The translations under genes and the position numbers were made by a program. Below are positions 19,177 to 27,418 of a DNA stretch of 64,000 nucleotides, piece after piece; the first letter of the stretch is position 1, and every line of letters starts with the position of its first letter. The stretch spans positions 1,193-65,192 of the forward strand of contig CAYMWM010000003.1 of NCBI GenBank assembly GCA_964394185.1, read 5' to 3'. This stretch comes from an uncultured Smithella sp. Its GTDB lineage: Bacteria; Desulfobacterota; Syntrophia; Syntrophales; Smithellaceae. The notes beneath the pieces are model-generated. The model saw only the letters and a list, made by a program, of their open reading frames with translations. It ran no database searches and was not told where the DNA came from.

Positions 19177-20162
19177 TCGGGACAAGAACTCCCTTTCGTG
19201 TAAGCTTTGCCGGCGGGGGAAGCGATTTGAAAGCATTTTATTCAAAACATCCCGGCTGTGTATTAAGCACGACCATCAACAAATACATGTTTATATTTGT
19301 TCACCCATTTTCGGATGATAGAATCCAGGTGAAATATTCCAGAACCGAACTGGTCAACAATATAGATGAAATCAAACATCCTATTGTCCGGGAAACGCTC
19401 AGGAGATTAGGCATTATCGGGATAGATATCAATTCCATAGCCGATATACCGGCAGGAACCGGGATAGGATCATCGGGGTCTTTTACTGTTGGCTTGTTAA
19501 ATGCTTTATATGCCTATTGCGGGAAGAAAACGGCAAAGGAATATCTGGCCGGGGAAGGCTGTGAAATTGAAATTGATATTCTGGGAGAACCCATCGGCAA
19601 GCAGGATCAATATGCAGCCGCCAATGGCGGGCTGAATTTAATCACATTCAACCCCGACGATACGGTCAGAGTTGAGCCGGTTATGATGCCTCTCGATAAA
19701 TATGATGAATTGGAAAATAATCTCCTGTTCTTTTATGTGGGAGGAGCAAGACCGGCTCGGGAAATATTAGCCGATCAGCAAAGACGAACTCTTTCTGACA
19801 AAAAAACTTTTGCCAATCTTAAAAGAATGACGGAACTGGCGGTAAATTTGAAAGACAGCCTGTCAGCCGGTAATTTGCAGGATGTGGGGCCTATACTCGA
19901 TGAAAGCTGGCGTCTGAAAAAAAAACTTTCGTTGAAAATTTCCGATAATAAGATAGATTATTATTATGATCTGGCAAAAAAAAACGGTGCTGATGGCGGA
20001 AAACTGCTGGGTGCAGGCAGCGGCGGTTTTTTGATGGTCTATTGTGAACAGGCGCATCAGATCAAATTGAGAAATTCATTAAAAGATTTGAGAGAATACC
20101 ATTTTAAATTCGACAGTCTGGGAACCAAAATTATCTATAATGACATGAATGATTTATGTTAA
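19173..20162 (+). CDS. hddA: GHMP-family sugar kinase, D-glycero-D-manno-heptose-7-phosphate kinase-like
   Basis: N-terminal RTPFRVSFAGGGSDL and GHMP motif PAGTGIGSSGSF. Overlaps the upstream fusion gene (ATGA). The symbol is tentative and rests on motif plus context. Confidence 0.7.
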   Translation: MIGTRTPFRVSFAGGGSDLKAFYSKHPGCVLSTTINKYMFIFVHPFSDDRIQVKYSRTELVNNIDEIKHPIVRETLRRLGIIGIDINSIADIPAGTGIGSSGSFTVGLLNALYAYCGKKTAKEYLAGEGCEIEIDILGEPIGKQDQYAAANGGLNLITFNPDDTVRVEPVMMPLDKYDELENNLLFFYVGGARPAREILADQQRRTLSDKKTFANLKRMTELAVNLKDSLSAGNLQDVGPILDESWRLKKKLSLKISDNKIDYYYDLAKKNGADGGKLLGAGSGGFLMVYCEQAHQIKLRNSLKDLREYHFKFDSLGTKIIYNDMNDLC

Positions 20163-20206
20163 CAGGCGGCGTTTCTTAAAGTTCAACTTCCCGTGACAAT
20201 ATAAAA

Positions 20207-20776
20207 ATGAATAATGATAAATTCTCAAAATTAAAACACGACAAGCTTGAACTGGGCTGCGGACAGAGGCCGACACCGGGGTATTTACATCAGGATATCA
20301 CCGGCCAGCCGGATGTGGACTTGGACTTTAACTGCCAGATATGGGAGATTCCTCTGCGGGAAAATACGCTCTCCGAGATCATTGCCCTGGCGTCAGTGGA
20401 ACATCTAAATTTCGCCGACTTCAGCAAGGCACTGAAACATATTTATAAACTTCTTGTGCCCGGCGGAATGTTCCTTTTTGACATTCCGGATATAAAAATA
20501 TGGAGCGAATATCTTTATGATATTACGCACGATATGCCGGGAAACTGCCCCTTTTCCAAAGAGCATGTCTTTGCGACTTTCTGGGGCTGGCAGCGATGGC
20601 CGGGAGACGAGCATAAATGCGCGTGGCTCAAAGATGATTTGTTCCGGCATCTCAGGGAAACCGGATTCAGCGAAATATTATTTGAAGATACTCAAATATT
20701 CACGTCCCGGGGAATTTTCAGGGATCGTTTTAATAATCCGGACAACGCGCACTTTTATATAAAAGCAATCAAATAA
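20207..20776 (+). CDS. Class I SAM-dependent methyltransferase
   Basis: LELGCGQRP (motif I) and LVPGGMFLFDIPD (post-II region). 189 aa. Confidence 0.7.
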   Translation: MNNDKFSKLKHDKLELGCGQRPTPGYLHQDITGQPDVDLDFNCQIWEIPLRENTLSEIIALASVEHLNFADFSKALKHIYKLLVPGGMFLFDIPDIKIWSEYLYDITHDMPGNCPFSKEHVFATFWGWQRWPGDEHKCAWLKDDLFRHLRETGFSEILFEDTQIFTSRGIFRDRFNNPDNAHFYIKAIK

Positions 20777-20802
20777 TCTGACCCGGGCCGGCGAAATAAA
20801 AT

Positions 20803-21558
20803 ATGAACAGTGAAATGACCAATATTTCGACTCATGATCCCGTTTCAATCATTATTACTGTTTACAATGAGGCAGATACCGTCGAGGATGAAATTATCAA
20901 TATCCATAATAAGATTCTATCCAAAATACCGGGGTCGGAACTTATCATCGCAGAAGACGGCAGTACCGATGGAACTCAGGAAATCATTTTAAAATATGTT
21001 CGTGATAATGGTGTCATTCATTCTTCCGGCACACAAAGGAAAGGATACGCAAAGGCTCTGAAAGATGCAATCATGATAGCTCAAAATCCATATGTTTTTT
21101 TCAGCGATACCGGCGGCAAATTCGATTTTGATGATTTTTGGGAGTTATACGATATCCGCGCAAAGTATTCACTTATCATTGGCGCAAGATCAAAGAGAAC
21201 CGATATACTATACCGCCGCATTCTGACTGCCGCTTACAATTTTATTTTGAGAAAATATTTTAATGTTTATCTGAAAGATTCCGACAGCGGTTTTCGAATT
21301 TATAAAAGAGAACTCATCAAAAAGATTGGTCATGAAACGTGGGTAAACACGGCTTTAATCGAATCTGAATTAACGTTAAGAGCCATATTCAGCGGAGGCA
21401 GAGTAGGTTATGTGCCGGTTGCTTATATGCAGCGGTCAGGCATATCAAGGGGCTTGCCCCCTCAAAATATTCTTAAGGTTATATTCGGTGTATTACATAA
21501 TTTCCCAAAATTGAAAAAAGTTCTTTTATCAGACGCTTATCCGAAAATGGCGGATTGA
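20803..21558 (+). CDS. Family 2 glycosyltransferase (second Dpm1-like enzyme)
   Basis: VSIIITVYNEADTV, AEDGSTDGT and a DTGG/DSD region. 251 aa. Confidence 0.85.
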   Translation: MNSEMTNISTHDPVSIIITVYNEADTVEDEIINIHNKILSKIPGSELIIAEDGSTDGTQEIILKYVRDNGVIHSSGTQRKGYAKALKDAIMIAQNPYVFFSDTGGKFDFDDFWELYDIRAKYSLIIGARSKRTDILYRRILTAAYNFILRKYFNVYLKDSDSGFRIYKRELIKKIGHETWVNTALIESELTLRAIFSGGRVGYVPVAYMQRSGISRGLPPQNILKVIFGVLHNFPKLKKVLLSDAYPKMAD

Positions 21559-21610
21559 ACTGTCATCAAGGTGCATCGTATTAAATTTGTAATTAAAAAA
21601 GAGGATTCTT

Positions 21611-22570
21611 ATGAAAAAATGTAACGGTTTTTATCAAATAATTTTTCTTCTGCTTATACTGGGCTTTTATGGCTGTAGCACGATAGATGTTTCCAGATAT
21701 CCCGATGGCATGAACTTTATCAAAGATGAACGTCTAAAAAAATCCGATACTTTGCCCGAAGTTCATTTTTCAATAATCAACACCGGAGAATTTCCTCAGA
21801 TTGAAGGTTTTTTAATCAGCAGCGGCAGCTGGTTCAAAAGGGTCAATGCCTTGTTGCCGTGTATTCTGGTGCAGCATCCCCGTGGAACAATACTTTATGA
21901 TACAGGCCTGGGAAATAACGCAGACAGGGATTTTCAGGAAGCCATGCCCTGGGGGACCCGATTTACGTTTCCATACAAGCCGATAGGCAGTGCGCGCACA
22001 CAAATGCAGATGTCCGGCAAAGTTAATCCTGACTCTATCAAGACGATTATCATGTCACATTTGCACTGGGATCATGCAAGCGGCATAGAAGATTTCCCCG
22101 ATGCTGAAATATGGACAACTCAGACAGACTATAATTATGCAATAAAGAAGATGGGCTTTGGATTCAGTCGCTCTGTGTTTGATAATAATAAGGTAAAATG
22201 GCGTTTCATAAATTTTCAAAACAAGCCCTATGAAAATTTTGATCAGAGCCTTGATGTATTCGGGGATGGAAGCATCGTGCTTATTCCATTGCCAGGTCAC
22301 ACGCCAAGCCTTACCGGCATGTTTGTCAATATGAAATCCGGTAAACGGGTTTTATTTATAAACGATGCATCATTGTTTTCGGATGATTTAAAAGTACCGG
22401 CCAAGGCCTGGATGGAAACACTTTTTGTTGATGATGATAAAAAACAAACCGAAGCCACCATTGCCCGGATTTACAGGCTGATGAAGCAATATCCTGATTT
22501 GGTCATCATCTCATCGCATGATGATGCGAATAAATTCACCGGTAAGCTTTTCCCAACATTTATAGAATAG
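21611..22570 (+). CDS. Metallo-beta-lactamase-fold hydrolase, predicted lipoprotein
   Basis: Signal peptide with lipobox (LLILGFYGC), HLHWDHASG (HxHxDH) and a downstream PGHTPS. Confidence 0.8.
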   Translation: MKKCNGFYQIIFLLLILGFYGCSTIDVSRYPDGMNFIKDERLKKSDTLPEVHFSIINTGEFPQIEGFLISSGSWFKRVNALLPCILVQHPRGTILYDTGLGNNADRDFQEAMPWGTRFTFPYKPIGSARTQMQMSGKVNPDSIKTIIMSHLHWDHASGIEDFPDAEIWTTQTDYNYAIKKMGFGFSRSVFDNNKVKWRFINFQNKPYENFDQSLDVFGDGSIVLIPLPGHTPSLTGMFVNMKSGKRVLFINDASLFSDDLKVPAKAWMETLFVDDDKKQTEATIARIYRLMKQYPDLVIISSHDDANKFTGKLFPTFIE

Positions 22571-22744
22571 GTTCTGCGGGGGGATCCGTAAGGTTATATT
22601 CAGGAACACTTTACTTTGAGATTCAGATTATCCTTGACCGAAATGCTATGGCAGTGAAAGACAAAATTATTTTGGCTATATCGGGGATTATTTGAGCCGA
22701 CTCTCAACTTTTCCTTTCTTCCGGAACATTTTTTGAAAAATTTC

Positions 22745-22776
22745 TTGACATAAATAATATTTTTGTTATTTATAAT
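22745..22776 (+). promoter_or_regulatory. Promoter-like element with embedded 8-bp inverted repeat (possible TetR operator)
   Basis: Consensus TTGACA at 22745-22750 and TATAAT at 22771-22776, but with a suboptimal 20-nt spacer. ATAAATAA (22750-22757) and TTATTTAT (22766-22773) form a perfect inverted repeat. Confidence 0.3.
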
Positions 22777-22996
22777 GACCATTCGATATAAAATACACAT
22801 ATTCATTTTCATCTGAGTAGCATCATTATTACGGTATTGGTACCGAAGTAGATTAAAGAGGTTCCGTTTGATGAATTCTTTAAATCATGATTGCATGCCC
22901 GCTTTTTTGATTCCTTTACCGTATTTTCACGGCACTGCCTTTGCTATGCGTTATTTCCAAAGATCGGGAAATTAAATTCCAGGAAAGGTGATCCCC

Positions 22997-23776
22997 ATGC
23001 CCAAGATTGTTAATCATGATGAATACCGGCAGGAACTGCTGGAGAAGTCTTTTCATTTATTTACCCGCAAGGGCTATACTAATATAAACATGAAAGAAAT
23101 TGCCGCTGAAATCGGTGTATCCACCGGTACTCTCTATCATTATTTCCCTTCCAAAGAAAATATGCTTGCCGAGATGATTTCCTGGATAGGCCAGGAAAAC
23201 ACCGAAGAATATATCAAACGAACAAGTTCGGTCGAAAGCATCAGCGACCGTTTTGATATGATTGTTGATTACTGGAAAGAAAAGGGCAAGCTGTATGAAT
23301 GCATCCTGCTTCTGGCCTTCGACATGTACCGCAATACGGATATTGAACACTGGAAACCGCTCTATGACGCTTTTGCTGAACGCTACACGGCCGGTATGTC
23401 GGAGAGGCTCAATATCTCCCGCCAGTTTGCCCGTTCCATATTCATTTATTTTCTCGGACTTTCCTTTCACGCCATTGCTACCGGCAGCGACACCGATGAA
23501 TACAACAGGCAAGTGGATTTCCTCGATGTCATATTCAGACCGTTGATTGTTGATGCCGGACAGGACATGGGTAAAGCGACTCGGAAATTCAGGGAAGTTT
23601 ACAGAACATTTCTCGCCAATTTGCCGGTTGTTAAAAAGGAAGCCATTGAAAAGACAATGGAAAATTCACAGACGGAAAAAACCGGAAAAAAGCTTAAAAA
23701 ATCCAAAACAAAAATAAATAAATCAGCATTGAACAAGTCGAATAAAAAACAATATTCGGTAAAGGAGGCACCATGA
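22997..23776 (+). CDS. TetR/AcrR-family transcriptional regulator with Lys-rich C-terminal tail
   Basis: N-terminal HTH LFTRKGYTNINMKEIAAEIGVSTGTLYHYFPSKE. The ATG at 22997 follows AGGAAAGG; the track ORF starts at GTG 22988. Confidence 0.85.
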   Translation: MPKIVNHDEYRQELLEKSFHLFTRKGYTNINMKEIAAEIGVSTGTLYHYFPSKENMLAEMISWIGQENTEEYIKRTSSVESISDRFDMIVDYWKEKGKLYECILLLAFDMYRNTDIEHWKPLYDAFAERYTAGMSERLNISRQFARSIFIYFLGLSFHAIATGSDTDEYNRQVDFLDVIFRPLIVDAGQDMGKATRKFREVYRTFLANLPVVKKEAIEKTMENSQTEKTGKKLKKSKTKINKSALNKSNKKQYSVKEAP

Positions 23777-25014
23777 ATAAAAGCCTGGATGAATTATTTG
23801 TTTACCCGAAGGAACTGGTTGATGAAGAATCGAAGCGGATTATTCATCTGGTCGGGCAATGGGCGAATAAGGAAATTATTTCCAAACGTCAGGAGTACCG
23901 GGAAAATTACGAAAAGCTCTTTATCGAAAAGAGAAAATCCCTTAATCTTGCTATTGGTTTACAGAGGCTGACTTTACCGGAGGAACATGGAGGCTTCGGC
24001 TGGAACAGTCCCGCTAATGCTCCCGGTATCGTTTCCATCCTTGCCGAAATCGGACGGGCGGATGCCGCTATAGGCGTTGTCTCCGCCGTCAAATATACTA
24101 TATTTGCTGCAATCAGCATGGCACCCCATCTGGATAAAAAGCTGTGCGATGCGCTGGCACCGATTTATTGCGCCGAAGAGTTAAAAACGCCTTCCCTCAT
24201 CCTGCCAGGTTCGGGTAATATCGGGCAGGATACATCCCTGTTTTTAGGCAGGTCGATTCTCGCCACGGCTGAACCGGAAGGAGAAGGTTATGCGGTCAAT
24301 GGAAAGAATCTCAGGCCTTTAAACAGCGGCGCCGTGGCCGACCTCTTTTGCGTGGTATGCGCGGACAAACTGGGCAGGCCGTGCATCGCTTTGGTTCCCG
24401 GCGATGATCCAAATATCATCCGTGGTAAAACGCTTCTGGAAACCGGTTTAAACGCCAGCGCCAATGCCGGTGTAAGTTTCAATAATGTCAGAATCCCCCA
24501 ACCCCATGTTATTGCCCGCGAAGGCGTCGTCGAAGAAATCTACACCTGGCTGAATTTATTGCTCGGCGGTGTAAGTGTCGGCGCCGGAATGAACTTTTTT
24601 GAAATAGTGAGCGACTGGTCGGAAACCAGAACGATCAAGGGCGGATATATGATGAAGGAAAATCCTCTCTGCGCTTCTGTCCTGGCCGATGTGGCCGACG
24701 AGATTTTTACCGCAAGACTGCTCCTTTACAATCTGGCGCACATTATGTCCAAGCCGGATGACTGGGGATACAGCGGCTCGCAGCGGGTCTATACCTTTGC
24801 GCAGATCATTGGTTCGCAGGTGCAGCAGAAAGTCATCAGGGCAATCAACAGAGGAATGGAACTGATGGGTTCAGCCGGCTATTCCAAAGAGTGGCACGTG
24901 GAAAAACACTGGCGTGACGTCAAAACCATCCAGTCGTACTTATGCGGAGTCGGCGCTGAGGCGCCGGTGAAAATGGATACCGCGCGGTTTTTCTTTGACT
25001 GCAAAGAGATTTAA
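23773..25014 (+). CDS. Acyl-CoA dehydrogenase-family protein lacking the canonical C-terminal YEG(T/S) catalytic-Glu motif
   Basis: ACAD-length protein ending ..EKHWRDVKTIQSYLCGVGAEAPVKMDTARFFF. Overlaps the TetR stop (ATGA). Confidence 0.8.
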   Translation: MNKSLDELFVYPKELVDEESKRIIHLVGQWANKEIISKRQEYRENYEKLFIEKRKSLNLAIGLQRLTLPEEHGGFGWNSPANAPGIVSILAEIGRADAAIGVVSAVKYTIFAAISMAPHLDKKLCDALAPIYCAEELKTPSLILPGSGNIGQDTSLFLGRSILATAEPEGEGYAVNGKNLRPLNSGAVADLFCVVCADKLGRPCIALVPGDDPNIIRGKTLLETGLNASANAGVSFNNVRIPQPHVIAREGVVEEIYTWLNLLLGGVSVGAGMNFFEIVSDWSETRTIKGGYMMKENPLCASVLADVADEIFTARLLLYNLAHIMSKPDDWGYSGSQRVYTFAQIIGSQVQQKVIRAINRGMELMGSAGYSKEWHVEKHWRDVKTIQSYLCGVGAEAPVKMDTARFFFDCKEI

Positions 25015-25030
25015 TAAGGAGGCCAACACG

Positions 25031-26311
25031 ATGAAAAACTTCGATGAATTCTCAAAACAGGAAGAATACATATCCCCAATGGATAAACACCTCCGTAGTG
25101 CGCTAAGAAACTGGGCAGACAAAGAAGTCATACCCTTCAGGCGTCAATACGATGAAGACTGGAAAGATCATCACATCATCGAACCGGCCTTTGACAAACT
25201 TATGGGAAACAAAGGTCTCGGAATTCAAAAAGCTTTATTCCCGCCGGAGCTAGGCGGTTGGGGAATCGGTCATTCCGATTACGCCTTCACGGTTGCCTGT
25301 GCGCTGGGAGAAGAGGTGGGAAGGGCGGATACCGCCATGGCTGTAGCTTTTATGGTTACTTACTGGCCTCTCACTACAATCCTTGTCGAGCCTCACGTCA
25401 ACTGGCGTCTGGCCAAAGAGTTCGCGCCGATGTTTTGCAATGCCGAAAAGGCGGTTTTCGCAGCCAATGCCATGACGGAGCCTCAGGGCGGAGCAGATAT
25501 CGAGAATATGGAGATATTAGGCGGCAAGACCATCCGTACCACTGCGCGCCTCGATGGTGACGAATGGGTACTCAACGGCCACAAACTCTGGCCGACCAAT
25601 ACCGGCGGTGTGGCCAAGCTCTTCTGCGTGCCCTGTACAACCAAACCAGGTTCAAACGATCCCAATGATTTTGCATTGATATTTGTACCCGCCGACGCCA
25701 AAGGAGTAACCCAGGGAGGAGCTTACGAAAAGGCCGGTATGGCCGCAGACAAGAACGGCGACATCTGGTTTGAAGATGTCAGGGTGCCCAGCTGGTACCG
25801 TGCTCATGGTCCGGGTATCGACGCGCAGGTCTTTCGCGAAATCATTCCATGGGGACTGGTGGGCAGCATGGGATTCCTGTGTGGCGCCATGTTCAATCTT
25901 TATGAAATTCTCTATGAATTTGTTTCGACAAGAACCTACAAAAACAGACCGTTAAAGGAGGACGATTGCATTGCCGGTATTATCGGCAGGATTGCCGGCG
26001 ACATTGATATCTGCCGGATTCTGTCCTATGAAGCTGCAAAAATGTGCGACAGGCGCAACAAACCTTACGGATATCCGATATATTCCGATGAGGTAGTTTG
26101 CAAGATGCGCAACCTCAAGGATTTCGTTTCCGATAGAGCGGTGGATATTTTCGGCAAGACCATGGACGTATTAGGTGCGTATGGAGCCGATCGGGATTAT
26201 GATATCGAAAAGCACTGGCGCGATATCAAAATCATTCAGTTATGGATGGGCGGCAAGCAACTCTGTCAGATGGAAGCAGCCCGGTATTTCTTCAATTGCA
26301 AGACATTATAG
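25031..26311 (+). CDS. Acyl-CoA dehydrogenase-family protein, paralogue of 23773-25014, also without the YEG(T/S) motif
   Basis: TEPQGGADI (ACAD signature-like) and C-terminal EKHWRDIKIIQLWMGGKQLCQMEAARYFF. The ATG at 25031 is preceded by AAGGAGG; the track ORF starts upstream at 24995. Confidence 0.8.
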   Translation: MKNFDEFSKQEEYISPMDKHLRSALRNWADKEVIPFRRQYDEDWKDHHIIEPAFDKLMGNKGLGIQKALFPPELGGWGIGHSDYAFTVACALGEEVGRADTAMAVAFMVTYWPLTTILVEPHVNWRLAKEFAPMFCNAEKAVFAANAMTEPQGGADIENMEILGGKTIRTTARLDGDEWVLNGHKLWPTNTGGVAKLFCVPCTTKPGSNDPNDFALIFVPADAKGVTQGGAYEKAGMAADKNGDIWFEDVRVPSWYRAHGPGIDAQVFREIIPWGLVGSMGFLCGAMFNLYEILYEFVSTRTYKNRPLKEDDCIAGIIGRIAGDIDICRILSYEAAKMCDRRNKPYGYPIYSDEVVCKMRNLKDFVSDRAVDIFGKTMDVLGAYGADRDYDIEKHWRDIKIIQLWMGGKQLCQMEAARYFFNCKTL

Positions 26312-26322
26312 GAGAGCAAATC

Positions 26323-26760
26323 ATGGAAGAAGCCAACAAGGGAGTCATTGACTTAACCGACAGAGTGCTTAAAGAACTTCTCAAAAAGCCCGGTTTTAAA
26401 GAAGGCGTCAGAACAGTGCTGCAGAATATTGATCCGGATTCCAGCCGCAGACTGGTCAGAACGATGATGTGGCAGGATCCGGAGTTTTTTCTCGGATTGC
26501 TCGGCGCAGTTCCCTCTATCGTTAATTCCCTTGCGCAGGGAACGGATGAAATGCTTACTCAGCTCAACGAAAAATTTTCTCCGCAGCTGCTTCATGATTT
26601 TATGAAGTCGATTTTTTTGTCGCTGGATAAAGATACACTGGAGAACATTGTCCGCAATGGAAAAATTCTGGCAACAAAATTATGGATTGTAGCGGAAGAA
26701 ACATACAATGAACAAAACGCAGCCAATAGCATTACGGGGGGAAAAGAACATGGAAAATAA
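26323..26760 (+). CDS. Hypothetical helical protein, member 1 of a local three-gene paralogue family
   Basis: The ATG at 26323 follows GGAGAG. Shares the pattern ..NIDPD..LV..MWQ(D/E)PE..L..LG(A/S)(V/I)P..VNS.. ..LNEKFS..LL.D.. with the next ORF. Confidence 0.6.
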   Translation: MEEANKGVIDLTDRVLKELLKKPGFKEGVRTVLQNIDPDSSRRLVRTMMWQDPEFFLGLLGAVPSIVNSLAQGTDEMLTQLNEKFSPQLLHDFMKSIFLSLDKDTLENIVRNGKILATKLWIVAEETYNEQNAANSITGGKEHGK

Positions 26761-27391
26761 CGCCGCAATGCCCGCCGCAGGCGGAGTAATGAAAGAAGTG
26801 TTGAGTACACCCTTTGTCAAAGATTTGATTCGCCTCAATCTGCAGAACATCAAACCGGAGAAAACGCATCCGCTCGTCAATACGCTTATCTGGCAGGAAC
26901 CGGAAGTTATTTTATCTGTTTTGGGTTCGATTCCTCCCGTTGTCAATTCCTGTACCGGCGCTCTGGCAGAAGCGGGAAAGCAACTCAATGAGAAATTTTC
27001 ATCGGAACTGCTCCGGGATTATGTCGGCAGCATTCTGAAGGATATCGATACGGAAGCATTGAAAGGTCTGGTTGAAGCTTATGTCGCTCTGGGGAAAAAT
27101 CTCTGGGACGCTTCCCCCGAATTCAGGGAGATGGTCGGCAAAGCATTAACTCAGGATGCACCGCCGCTCGTCGGCAAAGGAATCAGTTCGGCCTGTCGCT
27201 TTGTCAACGACGTCAGCAGGGAAGACCCGCAGGTGGTAAGCCGGTTTGTTTCGGATGTCGTGAAAAATATCGACGGCGAAGAATTTAAGGATGCGACCCA
27301 TACAATTGCCAACGCGTTTTTGGATCAGAAGCTGCATTTAATTTCCTGGACATGGCAGTTACTGCGCAAAAGAATGAAAAGAAGAAAGTAG
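26750..27391 (+). CDS. Hypothetical helical protein, member 2 of the local paralogue family
   Basis: Aligns with member 1 (LQNIKPEKTHPLVNTLIWQEPEVILSVLGSIPPVVNS..LNEKFSSELLRDY). The start at 26750 overlaps the member 1 stop by 11 nt. Confidence 0.6.
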   Translation: MENNAAMPAAGGVMKEVLSTPFVKDLIRLNLQNIKPEKTHPLVNTLIWQEPEVILSVLGSIPPVVNSCTGALAEAGKQLNEKFSSELLRDYVGSILKDIDTEALKGLVEAYVALGKNLWDASPEFREMVGKALTQDAPPLVGKGISSACRFVNDVSREDPQVVSRFVSDVVKNIDGEEFKDATHTIANAFLDQKLHLISWTWQLLRKRMKRRK

Positions 27392-27418
27392 TTATTAACA
27401 TGAATGGAGGCACGTTCC

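Noticed and set aside
22600-22812. 70-aa ORF on the - strand in the long intergenic region
   Set aside because: It lies in AT-rich DNA, has a Lys/Asn/Ile-rich translation and no RBS, and overlaps the promoter-like element. It is probably spurious.
24995-25030. Upstream-extended starts given in the ORF track (24995, and similarly 26242, 26708, 27404, 50278, 53540)
   Set aside because: In each case an internal ATG is preceded at 5-10 nt by a GGAGG-like RBS and avoids long overlap with the preceding gene. The extensions look like read-through of the frame rather than real N-termini. This is unverified without N-terminal data.
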